Positions 25,907 to 34,477 of a stretch of DNA of 35,321 bases are shown piece by piece. Within the stretch, counting starts at the first letter, position 1. Every line of letters begins with the position of its first letter. This stretch comes from a virus (taxonomy: Duplodnaviria > Caudoviricetes): the IMG/VR virus record IMGVR_UViG_3300043416_000007, positions 1-35,321 of that record. One strand, given 5' to 3'. The translations under genes were made by a program, and so were the position numbers. The notes under the pieces are model-generated. The model was not told the origin of the DNA. It saw nothing but the letters and a program-made list of their open reading frames with translations, and ran no database searches.

Positions 25907-26030
25907 GATTAGATTATCATCTCCTTGTTGACGCATTCTACATCAAAATGTCTAGGTATTTTCCCTACCCCATTTCGCAACTGCTGTTTGTGATGTATGT
26001 GTCATCTATTATATGATGCGACTGTCATCA
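25906..26030. promoter_or_regulatory. divergent promoter region with four 17-bp operators TGATG-N7-CATCA
   Basis: Sites at 25906, 25929, 25991, 26014; -10-like TAGAAT (minus, 25935-25940) and TATGAT (plus, 26012-26017). Confidence 0.75.
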
Positions 26031-26047
26031 ACCACTAGGAGACACAA

Positions 26048-26350
26048 ATGAGGCTTACAGACCGTCAACGCAGCCAGCTACGCGCTGCTGCCATCTTTGG
26101 AGGCGATCACGTTAGCAAGGTCGCCGCCGCCTTGCAGCTAGAGAATCCCGAGGCATTCTGGCAGGAGCGCGAACTGCACCATCGCAACTTCTGGCATGAA
26201 CCGATGTCCTACGGTTTCACCATCCCGCACCGCAGCTTTGTGCATCGGTATGTGCCTGGCCGTAAAAGTGAGTACGGTCTGGAGCAGCGTCAGATCATGG
26301 CGCAAAACCATCACCTCACTATCACCCGCCAGATCGGAGTCGGAGAATGA
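26048..26350 (+). CDS. early hypothetical protein
   Basis: AGGAG RBS; first rightward gene. Confidence 0.75.
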   Translation: MRLTDRQRSQLRAAAIFGGDHVSKVAAALQLENPEAFWQERELHHRNFWHEPMSYGFTIPHRSFVHRYVPGRKSEYGLEQRQIMAQNHHLTITRQIGVGE

Positions 26351-26433
26351 AATCTTTAATCCTTGATGCGCTGCTTTCTAGCGCAATCCTTGCCGGTCTT
26401 TCCTATGTCATAACTCAATGGTGGTTTGCATGA
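26347..26433 (+). CDS. 28-aa membrane microprotein
   Basis: MKSLILDALLSSAILAGLSYVITQWWFA; GGAG RBS; ATGA overlaps at both ends. Confidence 0.65.
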   Translation: MKSLILDALLSSAILAGLSYVITQWWFA

Positions 26434-26675
26434 ATCCTTTAGAAATTGAAATAAAGAAAACCGTGTTCGCGCATCTGCCTGCGGTTGGCGACTTTGGCAT
26501 CCTGTCACGCGGTGACTTAGCCACTGTCCTGCACACTGCCTGCACCGAGGCGGCTCTCGCAGGCTGGGCGCGTGGCGCTGAGTCTGCACAGAAACGCTTA
26601 GACCAGGAACTGGAGACGTTGCGTACAGAACTGAAATCCCTTCAGACTGAACTGGCGTATGCCAAAGCCAATTAA
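26430..26675 (+). CDS. hypothetical protein with C-terminal coiled coil
   Basis: ATGA overlap start. Confidence 0.7.
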   Translation: MNPLEIEIKKTVFAHLPAVGDFGILSRGDLATVLHTACTEAALAGWARGAESAQKRLDQELETLRTELKSLQTELAYAKAN

Positions 26676-26760
26676 CTTAGTCGTGCTGGCGCTTTGCGCC
26701 ATGCTCTTTATGTTTGATTCACCGGAGTACCAACAATGGATAACGATGATGATGAAATAG
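26659..26760 (+). CDS. 33-aa hydrophobic microprotein
   Basis: MPKPINLVVLALCAMLFMFD...; bridges its two neighbours. Confidence 0.45.
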   Translation: MPKPINLVVLALCAMLFMFDSPEYQQWITMMMK

Positions 26761-26924
26761 AGTCCTGGGCCAGCCTGGTTCTGGGACTGATAGCGTGGAT
26801 ATTCTTTGTAATTGGCCTAGTGGCCGTAGTAATCGCCATCTGCATGGCCTGGGGCTACTACACTTATGAGCCTGTCTGCGGTAGCGTAGTTTCACGATTC
26901 ACTGAGGAGTGCAAATTTCCATGA
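26736..26924 (+). CDS. single-TM protein
   Basis: GGAG RBS; acidic N-terminus, long TM, C-terminal Cys pair. Confidence 0.7.
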   Translation: MDNDDDEIESWASLVLGLIAWIFFVIGLVAVVIAICMAWGYYTYEPVCGSVVSRFTEECKFP

Positions 26925-27130
26925 TCAACATTATTTATATACCCGTGCTGTTTGTTTGTATTGGTGACCAGTGCAACTTCATGCAGGGGGTTCATTACAC
27001 ACGCGAGGTTGAGTGCCGTGCAGTAGTAGAGGCTCAGAAGAAACGTATGCAAGAGATGTCTTTAAAGGCGGGTCAGATGGTCATCCTGATTCAGGGAACC
27101 TGTATAACTGCAAAGGATGGAATGCTATGA
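26921..27130 (+). CDS. small Cys-containing hypothetical protein
   Basis: ATGA overlap; LFVC....C...C...C. Confidence 0.65.
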   Translation: MINIIYIPVLFVCIGDQCNFMQGVHYTREVECRAVVEAQKKRMQEMSLKAGQMVILIQGTCITAKDGML

Positions 27131-27579
27131 AAGATGCAGAGGATGAAGCCTTTGACGAACTTGCCAAGCGGCAGGGGCATTGGGGCGGTGGCTATCAAGC
27201 TAAGAAAGCTATGGCTGCGAACAAGTTGCAGGAGCCTGTGGCTGATAGGTTGGAGCGATTGCTGTGGGAATACATAGACCTACAGGCCGCGCATCCTGAG
27301 CATAGACCCAATCCAAAAACGTGGCATCACTTAATGATTTACGCACCTCTGCCAGCGCAGCCAGCGCAGGAGCCTGTGGCATTTATTTGTCAAGGCAACT
27401 TATACATGATTGAAGATGTTGATAAATATTGCACAGCACCGCATATCCCGCTTTACACCCACCCACCACGGCGCGAATGGGTAGGGCTGACGGATGAGGA
27501 GCTTGCAGATTGCTTGGATATGAGTATTCAAAAAACTTGTCGAGCCATCGAAGCCAAACTCAAGGAGAAGAATTCTTGA
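27127..27579 (+). CDS. mosaic hypothetical protein (QEPVA...PLYT.P...EWVGLTDEE family)
   Basis: Two QEPVA units and an AIEAKLKEKN ending typical of phage early genes. Confidence 0.75.
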   Translation: MKDAEDEAFDELAKRQGHWGGGYQAKKAMAANKLQEPVADRLERLLWEYIDLQAAHPEHRPNPKTWHHLMIYAPLPAQPAQEPVAFICQGNLYMIEDVDKYCTAPHIPLYTHPPRREWVGLTDEELADCLDMSIQKTCRAIEAKLKEKNS

Positions 27580-27809
27580 TCTGCCCCACTTGCTCCGCGT
27601 GGACCCGCTGTCTTGAGACGCGGAACAAATACGACAACGAAGTTTATCGCCGGTATGAGTGCGCGAACGGCCACCGATTTTCAACTATGGAAAGAGTGAA
27701 ACTTAAAGAGGTGAAAAATGCAGATAACAGCGATATTTCAAGACGAACAGGAGGCAATCAAAGCCATCCACTCGGACTACGCCTGGCAGGCTCTGCGCGA
27801 GATCAATGA
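27576..27809 (+). CDS. zinc-ribbon protein (NrdR-N-like)
   Basis: CP.C......LETR......RRYEC..GHRFST.E; TTGA overlap start. Confidence 0.75.
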   Translation: MICPTCSAWTRCLETRNKYDNEVYRRYECANGHRFSTMERVKLKEVKNADNSDISRRTGGNQSHPLGLRLAGSARDQ

Positions 27810-27909
27810 AGTGCTACGTCAAAATAGAAAACACGGCCTACCTTTTGAGCAGGCCGTGTCTGAGATACAGGCATCTGTGAACGATGCCTTGGCGCTGATT
27901 CCGGATTAA
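27718..27909 (+). CDS. hypothetical protein
   Basis: GAGGTG RBS; last rightward early gene. Confidence 0.7.
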   Translation: MQITAIFQDEQEAIKAIHSDYAWQALREINEVLRQNRKHGLPFEQAVSEIQASVNDALALIPD

Positions 27910-28175
27910 GCAGCCTCGGTTTCTTCTTCCTCTTCGTCGTACTCTTCTTCGTCGTCGCCCCAATCAGCTTCGTCATCCTCAACCAGCAGCCACTCGCCGG
28001 TGTCTTCGTTGAGCCAGTACCATGCGTCGTACTCGCAGTCGTACCAGCAGTAGCAATCATAGTCCTCGTCGTACTCGTACTCTTCGCCTTCTTCAAAGTA
28101 ATCAAAAACCGAATCAAATTCCTCGTCGTTTTCTACTTCGACAGAGTTGTTGACAATGAATGTGAGATGAAACAT
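27906..28175 (-). CDS. extremely acidic, aromatic-rich 89-aa protein
   Basis: AGGAG RBS before the ATG at 28175; 39 D/E and 0 K/R. Confidence 0.8.
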   Translation of the reverse strand: MFHLTFIVNNSVEVENDEEFDSVFDYFEEGEEYEYDEDYDCYCWYDCEYDAWYWLNEDTGEWLLVEDDEADWGDDEEEYDEEEEETEAA

Positions 28176-28183
28176 AAAAACTC

Positions 28184-29155
28184 CTATACGTTGATGATCT
28201 GACCGCGAAACTCTACCTGATTTTCGTCCCCCCACTTGTGGACTATTTCAGGCCACAAAAGCTTACCACCCTTGAATGTCAGCACAGCAAACCCAGACCT
28301 GTGGTTTAATGGATTCCCTTCGCCGTAATCAAACTGCGGGCCATATGGTTCAGCAAGTGTTCCAGTATCTACACCGTACCTATTGCCCGTGTAATCAGCA
28401 AATGGCGTAACTTTTAGGCTATGCAAATGCCCTGTAACAATGGATATGCCAGCGTTGACTGTATTGTTGTGCGCGGCGTGGATGCCAGATCTGAATCTGT
28501 GTTTGATAATGCATTCTTTTGTAGGCCAGACAGACCAGGCAAACTCCCAGGCTGGCAGGTGATCTTGCAGCTTGAATCCATGCACTTCTTTGTACTGCGG
28601 AGCCTGAGAGGCCAACTTGTTAGCAAAGCGAGAATCGTGATTGCCCCAGGTAAACAGCAGTTTGCAGTTGTGCCTAGCCGCCTTGGCCGTCTCCTCAATC
28701 TCGCCAAGATGAGCCTGCACCGCCTTGAGTTCTTCGATTACAGATGGAGTCTTAGACCAGCCCAGCGGGTCATGCCTGCTGATAGTAGCCCCGTCAAAGG
28801 CATCTCCATTGCTGATAACAACGTGCGGTTTGAGTTCCTTGATAGCCCACAGCAGTCCCTTGTAGGCGGTGGTGTATTCATTAGGCCAGAAATGCGCGTC
28901 ACTGAAAACGATTATGGTCTGGTCAAGTACGCCAAGTTCAATCTTGTTCAGCGAGGTCTGGATTGGCTGGAACTGAGAATATTTCTTTGCCCTATCGTCA
29001 AAGTTAATCAGAGGCTGGTTTGTTTCTTTTTCAATTCTGCGCCTACGATTGAGGACAGATCGCTCAGAAACATCTAAGTGTTTCGCTACTAAGATAGCAG
29101 AACCATGACGGTTCCAAACATTGATAAACTCTTCTCGGGAAACTTTAGGTTGCAT
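28184..29155 (-). CDS. calcineurin-like metallophosphoesterase with N-terminal HTH-like region
   Basis: SDAH, NGDAFD, GNHD, KH and GHLH motifs; GGAG RBS. Confidence 0.9.
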   Translation of the reverse strand: MQPKVSREEFINVWNRHGSAILVAKHLDVSERSVLNRRRRIEKETNQPLINFDDRAKKYSQFQPIQTSLNKIELGVLDQTIIVFSDAHFWPNEYTTAYKGLLWAIKELKPHVVISNGDAFDGATISRHDPLGWSKTPSVIEELKAVQAHLGEIEETAKAARHNCKLLFTWGNHDSRFANKLASQAPQYKEVHGFKLQDHLPAWEFAWSVWPTKECIIKHRFRSGIHAAHNNTVNAGISIVTGHLHSLKVTPFADYTGNRYGVDTGTLAEPYGPQFDYGEGNPLNHRSGFAVLTFKGGKLLWPEIVHKWGDENQVEFRGQIINV

Positions 29156-29205
29156 GGTGACTCCACAAAGTTGCTCGGAATCTAACACTAATTGATGTAA
29201 TAAGC

Positions 29206-29577
29206 ATGACCCCAACTCGTCTAAAGCAGATTGAGCAGGCGCTCAGAAAACGCCCCATGACGTGCGTTGAGTTGGCGGCTGCAGTGTTTCTATCTAATCG
29301 TGCCGTTGAGCACAACATGAATAGGATGCATGAGCGCGGCCAGGTCTACATCGCACGTTGGGAGCGTACTGCTGGCTCTATTGCAAGGGTCTACGCCTGG
29401 GGGATAGGCGCCGACGCTCCCAGGCCAGAGCGTCAATCTGTGCGCGAGAGGGTTAAGCGTTTGCGTGAGCGTGAGTCCCAGGAGGATAAGGACTTCCGCT
29501 TGGCGCGTGAGCGTGGCAAGCGCAGGAAGATCAAGGTTGATCCGCTGATGGCGGCTTTCTACTCAATCCCCAAGTAG
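29206..29577 (+). CDS. winged-helix DNA-binding protein
   Basis: MT..ELA....LS.R.V.......H..G.VYI..W; basic C-terminus ending DPL.AAFY. Confidence 0.75.
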   Translation: MTPTRLKQIEQALRKRPMTCVELAAAVFLSNRAVEHNMNRMHERGQVYIARWERTAGSIARVYAWGIGADAPRPERQSVRERVKRLRERESQEDKDFRLARERGKRRKIKVDPLMAAFYSIPK

Positions 29578-31710
29578 TCCAGCGGCATACGGCTGCACAT
29601 TGCTGCCAATAGCACCACCAGTAAATCCACCTAAACCAGCAGCGCGTGATCTAGCCTCACCTTGACGGCGCAACTCCATCATCATCGCGTTAAGTTGTTG
29701 CTGGTCACGCGATAGCAGAATCTGACCCATCTGGTTACGCACAGGCTCCGGCGTTCCGACTCTGCTTGCTAAATTAGCGGCTGATGTAATCATGCCTGGA
29801 ACATTTCCGCTTGCAACAGACTGACCGGCAGCCATAGCAGGAGCAATATCTAGGTCAGACATACCAGCCAAGCGTGCTGCCGTCTGCGATCCACGGCCAG
29901 CAGACTCAAGGCCTTTCAGTCGTGCCTCTTGTGCTACAGCAGATGCGAACTTGCGGTAGTCGTTCTCAAACACTGCCTTCAGACGCTCCTGAGTAGCTGG
30001 TTCCTTCCACATCTTCAGCAGAGACGTTTGACCAGCTTCTGTGCCTGTCTTCTGGCGTAGGGACTGCAATGCTCCAATGCGGAACGCATCAATCTCTGAT
30101 CCAGACAACGCACTCAGTTCCTGCTTGAAGTTGACAATGTCACCCGTCATAGCTTTGCGGCCCAATTCGGCGGCGTCCATCATTTGAGACGGGCCTGCCC
30201 ACTTATCCAGCGCCTGCTTGTACGCTGACTTGCCGCCCAACCTAGGCGACTTCTCAACCAGGAAACTAGTCAGGTTGACGCGGATATCGTCAATGGCCTT
30301 TGCCTGGTTCCCGCTGCCTGATTGCTTGGCTGTTTGTGCCGCGTCGTACAGCGACTGCTTGACAGAGTCCAGCACCGTCATGGGTACGACATCGCCTTTT
30401 TTTAGGTTGCCAAGGTTGATCTCTTGGCCTGTCTTCCTGCGGAACAAAGTCTCCGCGCCACCCTGCAAGTCCTTAGACTTTTGCAGAAGATTGAGTAGAT
30501 TGTCATCAACCAGCACACTTGCGTTTTCAATGCGTTGGTAAAAAGGTTGAGACTCAATCTTGCGCAATGTGTTGAATGCGTCCAGGCTCTGCTGGAACTG
30601 AGCGCCTTGCGTACCCATAGCCTCGTCAGCGGCAGATACCAAGCGCCCTGCACGTCCTGCCTGGCGCTCGCGGATAGCACGCTCTAGAGCCTGCTTAGTC
30701 TCACCAGGCAGGGTCGCCAGCGTATCCAGCAAGCCGCGCACATTAGCGCCTCCAACGTCAGCGATACGCGCCTCTGGCCCTAGCTTACCCATCCTCGCCT
30801 GCGACATGGAGAGTGCGCTTTGCAGTAGGTCTGGTGGCGTGTCGCGCAGCAGTGCCTCTGCCACCTTCTGCTGTGCGTAGCGTGATGCTGCCGTGTCAGA
30901 TACCCGCGCCATGCCTTGCCGTCCAACAGCTCCCAATACGCCCATCACAGGCTGGGTAACAGGACCAAGTACGCCGCCAATGGCTGCGCTTGTAAGCGCG
31001 TCTTGGGTGATCTGGCTTATGTCCTCACCAGTTGAAGATCCTGCGCCACCAATGAGGCCGTATCCAACGCCAGAAGCACCGGCCTGCGCCATGCGCTGAC
31101 CCATACCCATCGTCTGACCAGCGGCTGGTGCGCCAGCAAGGTATCTGCCTGCGCTCTGCATACCGGCTGCAACCCTTGGCGCTACTGCCTCAACAGCAGA
31201 CACAACCGGCGCTGCTGCCGCACCTATTGCCCTGCTTGTAAGGTTGGTCATCGCCAGTGGAACTGACGCGACGCCTTGCAAGCCAGCAGACGTGAATGGT
31301 CTCTCTTTCATGAATGACTCAGTCGCACCGCGCACTACGTCACGCTGTTGCTGGTACGCCTGGCTTAAGGGAATGTCCTGCTGATACGCAAGTAGAGGAG
31401 CGGTAACTGCCCCAGCCAACTCATCAAAAAAACCTAGAGTCGGACCTTGCATTGCACTAACAATAGCTTTTTCTATAGTGGACTTCTGAGTGCCCATTTC
31501 ATACGATGGCGACCTACGCTCCAGGATTGACTTGACAATCTCAGGCGCAGCGTAATTGCTTTCCATCGCAGTCGTTACTTGCGGCCCAATGTTAGGTACG
31601 GTTTGCAAAAACTGAGTAATTTCCTCGTCGTTGTATCCGGCCTTCTTAGCCTCCAAGATTTGAGCGTTTAAGTCTTTCCACTCTTCCCATCCTGATTTTT
31701 CTTCAGCCAT
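29563..31710 (-). CDS. putative internal virion / DNA ejection protein
   Basis: 715 aa, Ala/Gly/Gln-rich and helical, QGPTLGF.DELAG; end of the late operon. Confidence 0.65.
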   Translation of the reverse strand: MAEEKSGWEEWKDLNAQILEAKKAGYNDEEITQFLQTVPNIGPQVTTAMESNYAAPEIVKSILERRSPSYEMGTQKSTIEKAIVSAMQGPTLGFFDELAGAVTAPLLAYQQDIPLSQAYQQQRDVVRGATESFMKERPFTSAGLQGVASVPLAMTNLTSRAIGAAAAPVVSAVEAVAPRVAAGMQSAGRYLAGAPAAGQTMGMGQRMAQAGASGVGYGLIGGAGSSTGEDISQITQDALTSAAIGGVLGPVTQPVMGVLGAVGRQGMARVSDTAASRYAQQKVAEALLRDTPPDLLQSALSMSQARMGKLGPEARIADVGGANVRGLLDTLATLPGETKQALERAIRERQAGRAGRLVSAADEAMGTQGAQFQQSLDAFNTLRKIESQPFYQRIENASVLVDDNLLNLLQKSKDLQGGAETLFRRKTGQEINLGNLKKGDVVPMTVLDSVKQSLYDAAQTAKQSGSGNQAKAIDDIRVNLTSFLVEKSPRLGGKSAYKQALDKWAGPSQMMDAAELGRKAMTGDIVNFKQELSALSGSEIDAFRIGALQSLRQKTGTEAGQTSLLKMWKEPATQERLKAVFENDYRKFASAVAQEARLKGLESAGRGSQTAARLAGMSDLDIAPAMAAGQSVASGNVPGMITSAANLASRVGTPEPVRNQMGQILLSRDQQQLNAMMMELRRQGEARSRAAGLGGFTGGAIGSNVQPYAAGLLGD

Positions 31711-33719
31711 TATCGCGCTCCTCTAGGCTTGATGATGTCACTCAATGATTTTCGGCCATCAGCACCGGCTGCTGGTGCTGGTGCGACTGGTTGATATCGA
31801 TCAATCGTGTAAAGATCTCGATACTCCTCCATGCCAGGCAATCTAGTAGTTTTTTCTAGAAACTTTGCTTGATCATCAAGTCGGAACTGTGCCATTTTTT
31901 GCGCTGCAACCAGTGCCGTTCGTAACTCTGCTGCGCTCATGTTTTGATCGCCAGCGGCAGAACGTTTCAGCATCTCACGCTCTGGTCCTGTAAGAGTTCC
32001 CTGTCCTTTTGTATATGACGCTGCATTAAGTTCTTGCTGCGCAAGACCCTGCACAACATTTTGCGTGTTGGAAAGAATTTCGTTAGCATTTTTACCAGCA
32101 ACACCCATGAATTGACCAACGCGCAAAATTGTAGTTCGATAATCTGCCAATGGTCCGGTGATAGCTTTATCAAGCGCAGGAAGAATCCTATCAATATTCG
32201 CTAAAGTTTGATTGGCGGTTTCGGCTTGCTCTGTTTTTGCGCTCAATCTATCAATGATGTCCTTGTTAACCGGAACATTTCTTGCCTTTTGACCTGTGTC
32301 TACAGACACCTTTGTAGCACTTGCTTGTTGTGATTTTTCAAGTTCAGCAAGTCCAGCAGCACCTGTATTCTCCAATGATTTCCCACCAACATATTCAAGG
32401 TTTGTCACTAATGATGATGGTTCTCTGTATGAAGAAACACCAGCAAGTGGCTTGCTTGTCCCATCATCGTAATCCTGCATCATTGTCGGGACGCCATTTA
32501 CTACTCGCATTTGTGGCTGACCGGTAGGTTTAGCCACTTGGCTAACGCCTGAAATAGGCTTAAATGTTCCATCATCGTAGTACTGGATCATCTTAACCTT
32601 GCCATCAACCAGTTGTTGTTGTGGTTGGCCCATAGGTTTGGCTGCTGGCGTTACCGTTCCACCACCAAACAACCTAACACCGCCTGATTCTGTGCGCTGG
32701 TAAACCCTACCATCATCAGCCCTAAATGGCTCGCCAATTACCTTATCAGTAGGACGGGCTTTATCTGCCAAAGTAGCGTAGGCCGTGGCCTTTGCAGTGT
32801 CGCCATATTGAGCCGCAATATTGGATGCTTTCGTATATCTGTTGTACAGCATATCTGCTTGGCTCATAGGTGCAGCAGGAGCCTCTGTACCAATCATGGC
32901 AGCGCGTGCCACTGTAGGACCAGCGGGTAGTCCTGGTGCATTCATAGCTTGGTCTGGCGTAATGGCAGCGCCAGGCATAGCCGGAGCGCCTTCTCCTACC
33001 AATGCGCCACTGATGCGTGCCTCAATGTCCCGCGCACGCTTGTACTCATCCATCTTCTGCTTCATGGTCATGCTCTGGAGCAGATTCTGCTGCGCTGCCG
33101 TGTAGCCCTTCTGACCGGCGCCATACGCCTCACCAAGAGCCTGGCCGAGTCCTACAGGCGTGCGGCTCGGGCCTGATGCCGCAAGCAGTTGCATGGCAGC
33201 AGACATCAATCCCTGGTTCTGTAGCTGCGCTCTTTGCTCTGGCGTCATGTACTCGTCCAGCGCGGATGCACCGCCAAACATATCACCCAGCAGTCCGAGT
33301 GTGCGCTGTGGTGCTGCTCCACCATATGCCTGTTCAAATGTCTGCAATGGCGCTTCCATAGTCTGCTCAACTTGCGGTGCTGCTTGCACTTGCGGTTGTG
33401 CAGACAGCGGCTGCATCTCGCCACCCATATCCATCAGTCCTGCGCTAGGAGTGAATCCCATGCCAGGCACATTCGGATACAGATTAGCCCCTAGTGGATC
33501 ACGCCGCTTCTGGTAAAAAATGTCAGGGCCGGTACGCGAAACGTATTGCGGGGTTGACATCTGGTCGATGTAAACCGGATCGCCAGGCATACCAGTAATC
33601 TCGGGACGGTTCATGCGTGCCAGAATGTCTTGAATCTTAGGACGATACGGCTGGTTGTATCTACCTACACCGAGTCCGCTACCGAGATAATATTGAGTTG
33701 GGTCAAATTGTGTTGTCAT
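31710..33719 (-). CDS. putative internal virion / DNA ejection protein
   Basis: LL.ASGP...P..LGQALG motif; Q/M/P/A-rich; likely start MTTQF. Confidence 0.65.
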   Translation of the reverse strand: MTTQFDPTQYYLGSGLGVGRYNQPYRPKIQDILARMNRPEITGMPGDPVYIDQMSTPQYVSRTGPDIFYQKRRDPLGANLYPNVPGMGFTPSAGLMDMGGEMQPLSAQPQVQAAPQVEQTMEAPLQTFEQAYGGAAPQRTLGLLGDMFGGASALDEYMTPEQRAQLQNQGLMSAAMQLLAASGPSRTPVGLGQALGEAYGAGQKGYTAAQQNLLQSMTMKQKMDEYKRARDIEARISGALVGEGAPAMPGAAITPDQAMNAPGLPAGPTVARAAMIGTEAPAAPMSQADMLYNRYTKASNIAAQYGDTAKATAYATLADKARPTDKVIGEPFRADDGRVYQRTESGGVRLFGGGTVTPAAKPMGQPQQQLVDGKVKMIQYYDDGTFKPISGVSQVAKPTGQPQMRVVNGVPTMMQDYDDGTSKPLAGVSSYREPSSLVTNLEYVGGKSLENTGAAGLAELEKSQQASATKVSVDTGQKARNVPVNKDIIDRLSAKTEQAETANQTLANIDRILPALDKAITGPLADYRTTILRVGQFMGVAGKNANEILSNTQNVVQGLAQQELNAASYTKGQGTLTGPEREMLKRSAAGDQNMSAAELRTALVAAQKMAQFRLDDQAKFLEKTTRLPGMEEYRDLYTIDRYQPVAPAPAAGADGRKSLSDIIKPRGAR

Positions 33720-33729
33720 CTTGTTCCCC

Positions 33730-34467
33730 TTACCCAAAGTATCCAAGCAGACCGCCAAGTGCAGCGCCGTAGCCACCACCCAACTGGTAACCGGCAGCAG
33801 CACCGCCAAGTCCACCAGCAGTTCGATTTTGGTAGTACGGTTGCGTACTCGTCATCCCGAGGTTGGGTAGGTTAATTCCAAGTGCGCCAGATGCAATGCC
33901 CAGCTTCTCCACACCAATGTTGCGCAGGGCGTCCAACTGCGCCTGCTCCAACTGCTGACGCGCACCGCCCAGGCCCATCACTGCCTGGCCGCCAGAGATG
34001 TTTGCGCCCTTGGCGTACTGAGCCAGACCAGCCGCCTGGCCGTAGCCAGATGCACGCATCTGAGCGGCAGTGTCAGCGGCTTGCTTGATGGCCGCAGCGT
34101 TTGTGAGTGACTCTGCAACGCCCTGGCGTGATCCACCAAATGCCTTGGCAGCGGTAGCTGCCTGCCGATCCTTGAGCCGCTGAACGTCTAGTGCTCCACC
34201 TACATCAGCAAGTGAACGCTGAACCACCTCGTTCTCGTAGGGGTTCATAAACTGCTGGATGGACTGACCCGTAAACGGTGTCAGAGCCTCGTTTGTGACT
34301 TGCTGCTCGCCAGCCGTATACAGCGGGTTAAAGCCTGCAAATTGCCGTACTGGTAATGCACCAGCAACACCCTGCGCCTGCTGGAGATTGCGAAAATACG
34401 CAGCCTTGAGTTCGGGGTCAATTGATGTTGTGTTTGTTGTGCTACCGGATGCGCCGCCTTTAGACAT
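33730..34467 (-). CDS. putative DNA transfer/ejection protein (P22 gp7-like position)
   Basis: MSKGG start, FMNPY, AFGGSRQGV, Gly-rich hydrophobic C-terminus. Confidence 0.7.
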   Translation of the reverse strand: MSKGGASGSTTNTTSIDPELKAAYFRNLQQAQGVAGALPVRQFAGFNPLYTAGEQQVTNEALTPFTGQSIQQFMNPYENEVVQRSLADVGGALDVQRLKDRQAATAAKAFGGSRQGVAESLTNAAAIKQAADTAAQMRASGYGQAAGLAQYAKGANISGGQAVMGLGGARQQLEQAQLDALRNIGVEKLGIASGALGINLPNLGMTSTQPYYQNRTAGGLGGAAAGYQLGGGYGAALGGLLGYFG

Positions 34468-34477
34468 ATCGTTCTCC

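Noticed and set aside
28421-29077. 218-aa plus-strand ORF
   Set aside because: Antisense to the clear metallophosphoesterase
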